From the NCBI GenBank assembly GCA_905178155.1, contig CAJINV010000011.1:1385216-1449215 (forward strand): a DNA stretch of 64,000 nucleotides, given 5' to 3'. Source of the stretch: Amoebophrya sp. A120. Lineage: Eukaryota; Protista; Dinoflagellata. Numbering within the stretch: position 1 is the first letter of the stretch; each line of letters opens with the position of its first letter. The notes beneath the pieces are model-generated. The model made no database searches, was not told where the DNA came from, and saw only the letters and a program-made list of their open reading frames with translations. The position numbers and the translations under genes are program-made. Shown here piece after piece: positions 23,501 through 34,400 of the stretch.

Positions 23501-26385
23501 CACTGTTGATCCGAAAAGAGCAAGACATCAACGACGGTGGGAGAATCGTGCTGGACCTACCCGCGATGGGGGTTGCGGATCCGAGCAGTGTCCTTTTAGG
23601 CACAAGTGTAAGTAGTCAAGAAGCTTCTGAACGACAAGATCCTGGCGCGGCGGACCGGTATTTCGCGGAAAAAGTTTTCGAGCGAAAGCCCTACAGCGAC
23701 AGTGAGGATTTCCTGCAAGAGATGTCGGACATGGCCATGCGGTACTGGCGCGTCGTGGACAAAAACGGGCGCCTGATTGGAGAGCCGGATCATGATCGTG
23801 GCCGCGATGAGGCAGAAACACAAGAAAAACACCTGCCACAGGATGGCGAATTTGACGAAGAGGGCGCAAGAACGCGGGAGCGAGAGGCACGAACAGATCT
23901 TCCAGAAACTGCAACACAAACCACGTTTGATCTTCTCAAACTCTCCCACGACGAGTCCAATTCGAACCTCTCTCCCTTCCCCCACGGCCGCAACTACACG
24001 CTGGAAATATTGACGGAGCAGGCCATTCGCATGCTCTCTATTGAAGGACAGATTCCGGACCATGTCGCGGCCTTGGGAAAGGGGTACGATGACATGAGCC
24101 GGGGGCTGGGAGAAAACGACGAGTCGTTTTCGCGAGTCATGTTCCACGGCCGCAAATTGTACGAAAAGTCCGGGTTTCGGGATTTCGTTTATGGTGATGA
24201 AGCGAAAGTTGGCGAACGAAACCAGCGAGGAGCAGCAAGCAAGGTATTAAGCATGACAGAAGGGAATAGTGATGAATGCGACAAAGCATCAGCCGGTGCA
24301 AAAAGAACGGGACCAGCAACAGCATCATGTTCGTGGCGGTCCGGCAGCTCTAGAAGTGTCGCTCCCACTCCTACCAGCAGCGCCCTCTTCTCCCCCTCCT
24401 CCTACCGGAACCCGCCGACTTTTGAGTTCGTGGAATCAACTTCGTTGTCGAAATCCAATTCCGCGGACTACCAGAGTTTCGGCGCTTTCAAGGCGGTCGT
24501 GATGTTTCCCTACGCCTACACGCAGTTTTGGTTTTTCGAACTGTACTATCAAAAGGAAAAATCCCCCCTCCCCATATCGAAATGGAAATCTGTGATGCGG
24601 GATTTGGGTACACAAATCGGCTCTGCCTTGCAGTGAAAGACTGCAACCAGATACAAAGCCGGAGTAGGGGCGCTTTGGTCTAGGCGCGTGGCAAGACAGG
24701 CGTATCCTCCGTAGGCCATCCAGCATTACAAATTGCTTTCAGAACGCGGAGGAGCCTTTGGATTTGCCTTCTTGCAACACAGAGACGATTTGTGGTCTCA
24801 AATCGGCATCATAGGGGGGAACTAAGGCTCATCGGATATCATGGGGAACTAAGGCTCAAATCGGCAACATCACAAATTTTAAGAAGTGTCCCTGTTTAAT
24901 ATGGGGAGGGGAGATTTTTCCTTGCAATATGTACCACATCGGCGTCCCGATTTTTCTGCCGGAGAAACGAACCTTGCCACTCTACGTGGGCCAGGACTTC
25001 ATCCGCTTCCAATTTTACGTGATTTCGGATCAAGTTCCTTGTCGAGGAGCAGCAGATCAGGAAAATAACGACGACGTCCCGCCAGCACCAGCAGCCGCGT
25101 CCCACGAGTACCACCCGTTTTTAGAACACGCCAACCTCCGCGCCTTCCTCTACTGGGTGCAGTTCTGCGAATGGGTCTCTTGGCCGTTCATCACGGAATT
25201 TGACAGTTTGCGAGGCTTGGTGGAGCACTTCAACCCGAACAGTGACTCCGCGGGGAAGCTAGCGCAAATTTCCCGCAAAATGCGGCAGTTTTCGCAGAAA
25301 GTCACCATGGACAACGCGGCGAAGTGGCGGACGGGACTGGCCGCGGTGCTATCGGTCCCGGTCGCAGAGCGGAAACCGATAACTCTTGCAAGAAAACCTA
25401 GTACAACCGAGATTTCAACGTCTGGTCCTGTCGCTGAAGGTTCCTACTTTTTCGGCGACCTTTCGACGCACCAGCCCTGCGGGGGCAGCCCGGGACGGGA
25501 CGACAGTCCCACACAGAAAGCGAACGACGGGAAAATTCTGCAAGACCACCCGAATGAATACCACATATGCATTACAAATTTCAACCTACCGCGCAGCTAC
25601 ACCGACAAAACGCATCGCAAACTTTGTAAAAATACAAATATCCACTTCAGAGCATTATATCAATCTACAACTTGGCAATCGCAATCTACTGAGTAATAGG
25701 GTAGTTCATGATGCAACTAGAGAAAAAAATCTCACTCTCAGATGAAACTGCGTTTGTTTGTGTGCGTTGTGTCCGAGAAATTTTTTACTGTGCATACGCC
25801 ACGAACGAAAACTACATGCAGCCCGGCGAGGACGCGTTTTGGTGGGTGCAGTTGCGCGAGCACCGGAAAGTGGTCAATGTCACGATTTGGGCACGGGATT
25901 GCTGCTCCGAGCAGATGATGCAAGCAGCAGAGGAACTACGTGTTGAGACCTCCACACCAGAAGTGCCAGAAAAAGCGCAGCATCCAACCCTCGATCTGTA
26001 CCTGTCCGTCGACAGCAACAGTTTAGAGGATGCAATTTTCTGTGGCCAAGTGAAAAACATCGAAGACGGGTCGATTCGGAGCGGGTTATGCGACGTGAGG
26101 GAAGTCGTCACGAGCGAAACCGAAACCGAAAGTCAAAGTGACCACGATCACGAAAGGAAGCACACTGGAGGTCGTGTTCCAGATTCCTATGATGACTACA
26201 AGAAGCAGTTGCTCGACGAGGTCGGGGGCAACGTGTTGTTCGTGGTGAACCGAGCGAAGAAACGGGACGGAATAGTTCCACCTCCGGAGCCCGCAAGTTT
26301 GATGCTTCCCGAGGTGTTGGTGTCGGATGTTGGATGGGTGCCGGACCGATACCAGATGGAGGCAGGGGAATTGGTGGTTCCCTGA
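20511..26385 (+). CDS. Large protein with a putative glycosyltransferase-like region and a C-terminal F-type-lectin/discoidin domain; 6 exons split by 5 introners
   Basis: ORFs 19872/20993/22532/23122/24929/25708 join in frame after removing five introners. KANDG...YHT...FWWVQL...VVNVTIWARDCC fits an F-type lectin fold. The GT-like call (FKAVVMFPY...ELYHIGVPIFLP) is weaker, and the start codon is uncertain. Confidence 0.7.
20847..20999. mobile_element. Introner (family A, reverse orientation)
   Basis: tatcctgtgcaaaag...cttttgcaatgcata; DR tccgt. Removing 158 nt gives WLHFR-FNTKMG. Confidence 0.92.
22493..22754. mobile_element. Introner (family B, tgtctgggtctgg TIR)
   Basis: tatgcactgcaagaatgtctgggtctgg...ccagacccagacatttttgcaattcata; DR actcc. 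Removing 267 nt gives VSYS-AQQIT. Confidence 0.92.
22794..23114. mobile_element. Introner (family C)
   Basis: tattgtgaggaaaaatcccc...ggggatttttcattttgata; DR gccga. Removing 326 nt gives VDEP-KLAQQ. Confidence 0.92.
24547..24929. mobile_element. Introner (family C, opposite orientation to 22794-23114)
   Basis: tatcaaaaggaaaaatcccc...gatttttccttgcaata; DR tgtac. Removing 388 nt gives FELY-HIGVP. Contains an internal duplication of ggggaactaaggctca. Confidence 0.92.
25566..25796. mobile_element. Introner (degenerate)
   Basis: tatgcattacaaatttc...gaaattttttactgtgcata; DR ccaca/cgcca. Removing 236 nt joins ORFs 24929 and 25708. Confidence 0.75.
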
Positions 26386-27202
26386 AAGGAAGTCTATGCA
26401 TATTGATTTTATTTCGCAGTGCCAGTACTCATACTCAATGCCGAGGAAGACCAGTAGTTAAGTACATGATAGATTTAGATAGTAGAATAGAATGAAGGTC
26501 ATACAAGAAGCAGAAGAAAAGACTACGAACCGAAAGAATAAGAAAACCGCATTAATACTCACATTACCACGGGAACTACAAAAATGGAAACCACCCTTTT
26601 TTGAGATTAGATAATTCGAAAACTTTCGAGTTTTCATCGTGCTTGGCAACCTGCTGTTGTCGTTGAAGATGCTGTCGGACATAGTACCTAAAAAAACAAA
26701 ATATATCTTCCGTCAAGTCGTCACATAAGGGTCGTAAGTGTGGGGTATAATTAGGAGTCGTCATCGTCGCAGGGGGAGGAGTCGTCATCGTCGCAGTGGT
26801 CATCATTTGAATTTTTCACGCGTATGTCTACGATTCCGTCTACGTTCGGTTTTGGTGTCGTCCTTTACATACGTATTTGTTTTGCATTTATGGGCGTGGG
26901 CGTGCACCAGGGAAATGTATATGACAACCGCTAAAAAAATAGCTCGTTGCAGAATGCCACACTTGTAAGCAGGAAGCGGAAGATGAACAGCTCCTACACT
27001 TGTACGTCGTGGATCTTTCAAGAAGTAGAGCGCGATCTTCTCGGAGTACTAGATGAACCAGCGACTGCAGCGAACTCAGGATCTCTTTTTTTTCTGCCAC
27101 TCGGCCACTTCTACGTCTCAGTCGTGCCCACTCGGGCACTAGGTTCGTGGCAGCTGCATTCAAGTATTGTGCAAAACAGGGACCACGTTGCCCTTGAACG
27201 AA

Positions 27203-28177
27203 ATGTTTTCGAAACGTCAACTCTGCCCAGCGCGACTGGATGTGCTGGCTCCTACCCCTACAGCGCGATCAAGGAAGATCTTCCTGACCATAATTCTCGC
27301 ATGGGTCTACATTCTGAGCCAGCATCAGGTCTCCATTGTTGACGCGCTAGATCCGCAGAAGATACAACAAGGTGACCAAGATGAAAAGCAAGCACAAAGT
27401 CCAAGACGAGAACCTGGTGGTCGTTCATCCGCACCAGAGAACAACGAGGTAGAAGGAGCTCAGTACCACGTGCCTTCGACCGAGCGCCAGTCGTCCACCG
27501 CGAGTACATCAACCACGGCGAGTGGAGGGGCAGTTTTGAAGAAGCAAGAGAAAAAAGAGGAAAAACAAGGCACACATGATCGACTCAACAGTCCGCTGGA
27601 CCACCACCAGCTTCAGGGCAAAGCCAAAGACCGCGGTGAGGAAGAGCATAAGGGAGATCACCAAACTTCTTCTGCCGGTGAAGATCGTCATCAAGCCGAC
27701 AGCACGACAGCGGCAGATGGTGATCGTGCTCTGAAGCAGAAGCTGCGCCATGGTAAGAACAACAAAATGCGGGAAGGTCCTCGCGGAAATGAAAAGACAA
27801 GGAGAAACAATAAGACGGGAGACATTTCATCCCGTGCTGAACGCGCTTCCTCATCTCGGCAAGAGCAAGATGTTGACCACGAAGCTCATCGTGCATACGT
27901 TCAGCAGGGTCACGTGTTTCTGTGCGGTGGGTTCGGGGTTCTTCTGTTTCTCCTCTCGCTTGTGCTCTTGTATTTTTGCGCTTGTCATGTACAAGAGAAT
28001 CAGGTGCACGGCTCGTGGGTGGCGATGTTCAGCAGGTACAGCACTAGCGGCCCCTACACGGAACAAGTTGTTCAAGTTTCTGAGCATGACCATTATCCGA
28101 CAGCACAACCAGAAGATTCAACATCGCACCACGACCACGAACGACGAACAAAGAACAAAAGGCCGCGGCACAAGTGA
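27203..28177 (+). CDS. Hypothetical type-I membrane protein
   Basis: N-terminal hydrophobic segment (IFLTIILAWVYIL), a charged low-complexity middle and a TM helix (FGVLLFLLSLVLLYFCAC). Confidence 0.6.
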   Translation: MFSKRQLCPARLDVLAPTPTARSRKIFLTIILAWVYILSQHQVSIVDALDPQKIQQGDQDEKQAQSPRREPGGRSSAPENNEVEGAQYHVPSTERQSSTASTSTTASGGAVLKKQEKKEEKQGTHDRLNSPLDHHQLQGKAKDRGEEEHKGDHQTSSAGEDRHQADSTTAADGDRALKQKLRHGKNNKMREGPRGNEKTRRNNKTGDISSRAERASSSRQEQDVDHEAHRAYVQQGHVFLCGGFGVLLFLLSLVLLYFCACHVQENQVHGSWVAMFSRYSTSGPYTEQVVQVSEHDHYPTAQPEDSTSHHDHERRTKNKRPRHK

Positions 28178-28429
28178 CCGGCGACGTGTTCTGAAAGAAG
28201 AACGACGGCCACGAGGAAAAAGCGTGCTAGGCGCAGCTCCGGAGTACACGGCAAGCGTTGGGCTCGACCCGAAGTCTTGGTGTTGTAGATGAAACGTTGG
28301 CTGGTTCTTTCTATTGAAAGTTGCGATCAAATTTCGCATGGTCGAACAAGAGCAAAAGAAAACTAAATGTTTTTCTCTGTCGTAGTTCACAAGCACGAGC
28401 GACGTCGTGGATAGAAATTGTCGACAGTC

Positions 28430-29330
28430 CTATCTATGGAGGCGGGTCGTTCTCTACGACAAAAAAAACAATAGAGCGCAGCAGCAGCTTGCTTGCGCCC
28501 CTGGCCAATTGCTGTTGGCTTCTTTGACATTGCGTGGCGGGGCTTTAGTATTCAGATTTTTTCGCGCCCATTCCTTTTGTGGCGCGCTTGCGGATCGCAG
28601 TTTTTCACTTATGACTCCGCTCTCTTTCGGTGGTGCTTGATGTATTTCCTCCTGATGTGGTTTCTAAAAAGTCATCTTGGTGCTAACCACACCAAGAAAA
28701 GCTTCTGCTCCACTAAGAAGAGAAAAATACGATGGCACTACAACGCGGAAGGGGGGATCCAGCGAGTTAGTATCAGTCGAAAATCGACTTACACGCGAAT
28801 TTCGACCTTCCTGGTGTCAGTGACACGCGACTGAACCTAAAAGAAAATCCATCTGCCGAGTTCAGTTTCACGTCGAAAACCGACGGCGCGCTGGATCGCC
28901 GAAAACTCCCTTCCGCAACACAAATTTTCGAACCTTTCTGGGAGCTAAAACAAATTCCCTCTGCTACGGCCCTGTTTCTTCAGGGTGTCATGGAAAAATT
29001 TTCACGCGCTGCGCGCACGGAAATGCCCTCAGCGCCGTGCGCCCCCACGCGTCAAAAGAAAAAACTCGCTCGCGCGCCGCGCGCGAACCACTTCAAACCA
29101 TACCAGACTTCGCCGTGCAAGAATTACGTCTGTCACGGTCAAAAAAGTAAGAGACTAAGAAGCCGCGCTTAAAATCAAATTTGGCCAGTCGAAGCATTTT
29201 GGATTTTTGAAATCCGATTTTGGATCGGAGTAAATCGCTGAGGTTTTGCGACGACCGGATGACCGACCGCACCTACCCCCCCCTTCTCGATACCGAGAAG
29301 GGGGTCGATTAATCGTACGGGCTCCTAAAA
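28430..29330. mobile_element. Non-coding insert ending in a 26-nt GC hairpin plus a 26-nt tail (..ctcctaaaa)
   Basis: Bounded by 61-bp units; hairpin cccccttctcg-atac-cgagaaggggg at 29279-29304. The same end architecture recurs at 30687-30738. Confidence 0.6.
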
Positions 29331-29391
29331 GTTTTTCTCTGTCGTAGTTCACAAGCACAAGCGACGTCGTGGATAGAAATTGTCCACAGTC

Positions 29392-30358
29392 TTGCCCTGC
29401 GGTTTCGTGTTGTAAAATATTTCCTCGCCGAAGCGAAGAAGTTTGGCCGTGTCGAAGTCCTCACCGTAGGCTTCCCGGTGGGAGTTGCTGCCATTCAGGC
29501 ACTTTCGCGGCATTATCGACAAACAGAAAACGTAGTGCTTTATCGCATAGCACCACAATTTTTTCGGCAGTCCGGAGTCAGCGATGAGTGTTCTTGTGCC
29601 CGCGAGGGCCAGCTTGTTCAACACCTCCGCGCCGCCATTCATCGGCGAGGAGTAGTAGGAGGTGAAGACTTGGACTATTCTGTTAGCCCGGCACTCGGCC
29701 CGGAACCGCTCCGAAATAAATTCGCCACCATTGTCCGACTTCAGCCGGCGCGGGGCGGTGTGCTTCGCGATCCAGAGTCGCAGGCCATTGACGCTGTCAG
29801 CCTTGCGGCGCAACGGCGCCACCTCCGGCAGCCGCGTCTTCTTGTCCGCTATGGTCATCGCAAATTTGTGTCCGTGTATGGACTCCGGTAGAATTGGGCC
29901 GCAGAGGTCCGTGCTGATTTCGTCATTGAATGTCAGTCGGCCCTCGTACTGGTCATCCCGCGGCCCCGCCCGGTGTGGAGCCTTTGCTGCTCTGGAGATC
30001 GTGCAACTCTGGCAGAACCCGCGGTATGGCAGTATGTGTGCGCTGCGGCAGTGGTCTTCGTAGCTGTAAGTTAGACACGTGTGCTCCTCCTTGGAGGTAT
30101 TTTTGTGGAAAACTACATAAAACAAACCATTTTGGAATCTATGAATGCTAACGCTCTTCTTCTCCTGGCCGGGGAGGAAGAGCTTTGTCAGGTCCGTGCT
30201 AAAGCGAAATCCTTTCTGCAGCAAAATGCTGACAGAAAGAATGTTGAAAGGGATACTTTCGTTGAAAATCGCCCTGCTGATTACGATCAGCAGGTTGTTG
30301 TTAGCCAGCGGCTTGGGTTTGCATATTGGTGCCTTGACTGGCTCACCGAATATGCCCG
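29392..30358 (-). mobile_element. Ty1/copia pol fragment (end of protease region, HHCC zinc finger, complete DDE integrase core); no LTRs, gag or RT
   Basis: NILSVSILLQKG, NGLFYV, HCRSAH...CQSC, ISTDLCGP, LKSDNGGEF, MNGGAEVLNK, SGLPKKLWCYA; reading frame uninterrupted. Confidence 0.92.
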
Positions 30359-30408
30359 AGTTCACAAGCACGAGCGACGTCGTGGATAGAAATTGTCGAC
30401 AGTAGGCC

Positions 30409-30657
30409 ATCCTCCGTAGGCCATCCAGCATTACAAATTGCCTTCAGAACAACGCGGAGGAGTTTTCGGATTTGCCTTCTTGCAACACAGAGACGATGTG
30501 TGGTGTCAAATCGGCATCACAAATTTTAAGAAGTGTCCCTGTTTAATATGGGGAGGGGAGATTTTTCCTTGCAATATGTACCACATCGGCGTCCCGATTT
30601 TTTTGCCGGAGAAACGAACCTTGCCACTCTACGTGGGCCAGGATTTCATCCGCTTCC
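30409..30657 (+). repeat. Displaced copy of 24704-25010 (3' half of a family C introner plus about 80 nt of the following exon)
   Basis: Near-identical sequence including the ..ttgcaata|tgtac junction and YHIGVPIFLPEKRTLPLYVGQDFIRF. It lacks the ~60-bp internal duplication of the source. Confidence 0.95.
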
Positions 30658-31441
30658 GGGAGGTTGGTCTCCAGCGGGCCGCTACCCCCCCTTTCGCCAT
30701 GGCGAAAGGGGGTCCAATTGTTGCACAGCCTCCTAAAAGTTTTTCTCTGTCGTAGTTCACAAGCACGAGCGACGTCGTGGATAGAAATTGTCGACAGTCT
30801 GCCAGCACGTCTATGCTTCCATCTTTGGCAGATGCTGCGGACTGTTGTTTCACTCAGATGCACCCTACTTCGTTTCCGCATGGTGCTGAGGATCATGGAG
30901 TCTTGTATTTGAAAAAAAGCGATCATGCAGCATGGTACCTGCACTAGGACACAACATCATGCTGGAGGAACGCCATTTATTCATGTTCTTCGTCAGAATA
31001 TTTTGAATGGCGGCTGTTCACGACCTCCGGGAATAGCAACTTCTTTCATTTCTGATGTTGGATTTGGATCTACTGCATAGGCGCAACTACACCGTAAAGA
31101 TCAGACTCACTAACTACGCGTTCAGCTGCAGCAGAACCCATAGAAAACCGTAGAGGGAGGTGGTTGAAACTTTCATTTTTACTTGACAAGTTTTGATGGT
31201 CTCGAGGAGTGCCTGCACAGTAAAAAATACAAACGCAACCTTCTTTCCATTGATCCTGTTCTTGTTCCAAAATGAGAACGTAACCACAATCCAGCTGCGC
31301 CACCGGCTTTCCTTTGTTTTGTACTTCGGCCTAATTTCATTTTTGAGCACTACTGCACTTTCTTGGGCTTCTAGTACTGGTTCACCACTTTGACGAACGT
31401 ACTTTTTCCAAGAAAAAAAAAGCAGAAATAGAGAACCGATC

Positions 31442-34400
31442 ATGCTGCGCAAAAAGATGTTGGCAAACACCACGACGGCGCTCGTCGCTGTTGCGGCGGG
31501 CCACGGGGAGTTTCGTTCCGTTTTCGGAAAAATGCGACTCCACAAGGCCCAGCCCATGGGTCCAATACCTCCGAGCGGCGATAGCTTCCACCTCGAGAAG
31601 ATGAACGACGAAGAAGATGGCTTCAATGCGATCGATTTTGCCGACCTCGCCCGCGATGAGCCCGCGGGCAGGACGCCGGCCGCTCCGTCCATGCAGATGT
31701 GGGAGCAGCTGCCTCCGAGTGACGCTTTTCAAAGCGCAAAGGAGCGCCTGGACGGGGCGATTCGCGAGGATGAAGAGGAGGAGAATTCTTCACTCGTCGG
31801 GGGAGATGAAGAAGACCACGAGCAAATGGATGTCGATGAGGAGGTGGAACAAAATACGGTTGATGATAAACTGTCGCCGAGAACCACGGGTACTAGTAGC
31901 ACGCCATCAACATCAGCGCCGACTCCAACACCTGCCACAGTTCATCTTCCTGCGGGCTTCGTGTTGTCAAAATCTTCCGGAGGAGGTGTTGGCGCACCAA
32001 GAGCTGCTGCGACTGGTGGCGCAGGTTCCTCTCCTACTGCGTCTTCCTCCACAACTTCTGTAGTTTCCTCGGGAGGTCCGCGCGTGCTCGGCACGCTTTC
32101 GATGGAAGACGCCCTGCTGGCGGGCACCGAGAAGCTCCGCGCGGCGCGGTTGCGGTACTACTCGCGCGAACGTAAGATGGAGGGCGCGCGGCAGCGGGAA
32201 ACTAGCACGGCGCGCCTGGAGCGGCAGCACGGCGGCGCGGGGACCGCGGAAGAATTTGTGCGGAACGTCAAGAGGGAGCCGGAGTTCTCGGCCGGAGTGA
32301 CCCGCGAAATGCAGTTTGTGCTGCGGAACCGGTTGGAGCACGCCGGAGTGGTGGTGCCACAGTCTACTTCCTCTGGTATGAACTGCAAAAGTATCGTATT
32401 AGTAGCTTCTAGTAGTAATTGCAATACAAATTAGCCCAGCATGACAAATGGAATTTGTCATCTTGTTTTGCCTTGGGATGGAGATTTGTAATGCATGACT
32501 GCGATTACAACTACGAGTGCGATACTTTTGCACAGGATATCTGGAACGGCGCGGAAACGGGCCGCGAATCTGAGTGTCGGGGTAGCGCAGCTGCGAGGAG
32601 CTTATGTTGGAAGGGGTCAACAACATGATCATCCGCGCATGGCTTCAACGTGTTCCTCGGAGAAAGAGGAGGAAGACGAGCTGTGTGGCCTGTTTGGGAC
32701 AAAGTGCGCAGTAAATAAAATAGTACACACTGATAATGAAACGAGGAAACCATTAACATTATCCGCTGATGATGTGACCACGGGAACCGATGGTAATGAA
32801 CCGATGGGGGAACACGAACAAGACCAGGCGGTCTTTCGTGTTGAACAAAGTGTTGACCAAGGAGAAGGACCACTTTTTCAAAATACACAAGAAATCCGAG
32901 GTGGACAACGATCACGGGAGAACAGCAACATTAAAGCCGACCTGCGCCGCGCGTCTTCCGCAACACGGCGAAGCAAAAACAAGGGCCTGCTTGTTGATGT
33001 TCAAGGAGGAAAGAGTCCCAAGCTGCCAAGTACGGTTGGGGAACAAGAACGGGAAAACAATAAGTCCGCAGCCTCTACTAATCCCACTTCTCCTGCTCCG
33101 GGTTCCCACGGCAGCACATCAAGTAGTACCACAGAGCTCTTCGCACGACTGCAGGCACAGCGGGAGCGGATCGCAAGCCAGGAAGCTGCGGGAGGGGTCG
33201 TCGGTGTAGAACAAACCGGTATCACAGCAAGGACTGGTGGTCATCGAGGTGGCTATCTGGCAGCAGATGAAGAAAACGCAGGCGTCAGCGGCCGCGAGTG
33301 CGCCGAGCTGTCCACGATGCTGTCCGCCCGGCGAAGAACGATGCAGGCCGGAGATCTTCATGGAGGTGAACAGCCTGGTGTGGACTATGGTGCTGACGAA
33401 CCAGCATTCAGTGCCGACGTGGAGGAGCTGGCGCGATCGCGTATGAATCGCATCGGTTGCAGCAAAAAAACGGCTCGGAGGGCAGGTGCTCCGGAGCATG
33501 ATGTGAGGAGCCGCACTGCAACGTCCCAGGGCCCGGCCAGTCGCGAGCTCGCGATGAAGCTCGAGCATCGGTTGGCAATCGAGCGAAACTGGAATCCGCT
33601 GGTTACTGTGGTACGTGTTGTAGTAGTACTTTACGCCCAGATACTTAAATGATAATAAAGAGTGCTTCAACAGTAAAAGAGAGAGACCACAACATTTCAG
33701 ATTTTCAATTTGATTTTGTTCCCGTTTGTGGTAGTTGTGATCAACAATAAAACCCCCGCTGGCCTTTTCTGCAGTTATTTGAAGAAGATCTACTTCCCCG
33801 CGGCCAACGATTTTCTTCAAATGACCCAGAACAACATCGATCTTCAACTTCCATCACACCACAGGGCTTTCGCAAACAGCAAGAGGCCGACCCGGACATT
33901 GTGAAGTTTGTGAAGCTATCAAATGCAAAAATGTCTGGGTCTGGAAGAATGCAGACTTGTCATGCATATTTTCCATGCCCCATGACTATGACATCTGGAA
34001 TGCAGGACCTAGCATGACAGATTCTGCGAAGTCTCTATCATGCCTCTCCTGAATGAGAAACTCCCGCTCATGTTGGTCAAAAAAGGACAACTTTCGGTAA
34101 TCACGCAACACAGACTTTTGTGTGACCCACAGGACGCATCACAAGTTCCATCCTTCCAGACCCAGACACTTTTGCATTTGATAGAAGCAGTTGACTGAGG
34201 AGCTCGACCCGGCCACGCGGCGCGAACGCTTCGACGAGCGCATAAAGCTGGAGCGAGGGAAGATGGAACGTGACCTGCAACAGGTGAACAAGTTTCTGGA
34301 AAAGAAATTGGTGAAATCGCGCGAGACGTTGGACAAACTGCTCGCGGACCGGAAGTATCATCTGCAAAAGTATCGTACTCGTACTAAAACTAATCGCAGC

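Larger units (their letters stand above)
28369..30799 (+). repeat. Array of a 61-bp unit (28369-28429, 29331-29391, partial 30359-30403, 30739-30799) separating unrelated inserts
   Basis: gtttttctctgtcgtagttcacaagcacgagcgacgtcgtggatagaaattgtcgacagtc. Copies 1 and 4 are identical; copy 2 has 2 substitutions. Confidence 0.95.

Noticed and set aside
29331-30403. 61-bp units as LTRs of an intact copia/TRIM element
   Set aside because: Identity extends beyond the tgtcg...cgaca core, no PBS or PPT was recognised, gag/RT/RNase H are absent, and the same unit flanks non-copia inserts.
28369-30799. CRISPR array
   Set aside because: The unit is 61 bp, the spacers are 335-967 bp and unequal, no cas genes are visible, and the context is eukaryotic. 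Reported as a capture array instead.
33612-33726. DR-flanked intron (tgtggta repeated 120 nt apart)
   Set aside because: No TIR. The canonical GT-AG intron 33611-33774 gives a frame that connects correctly through the next introner.
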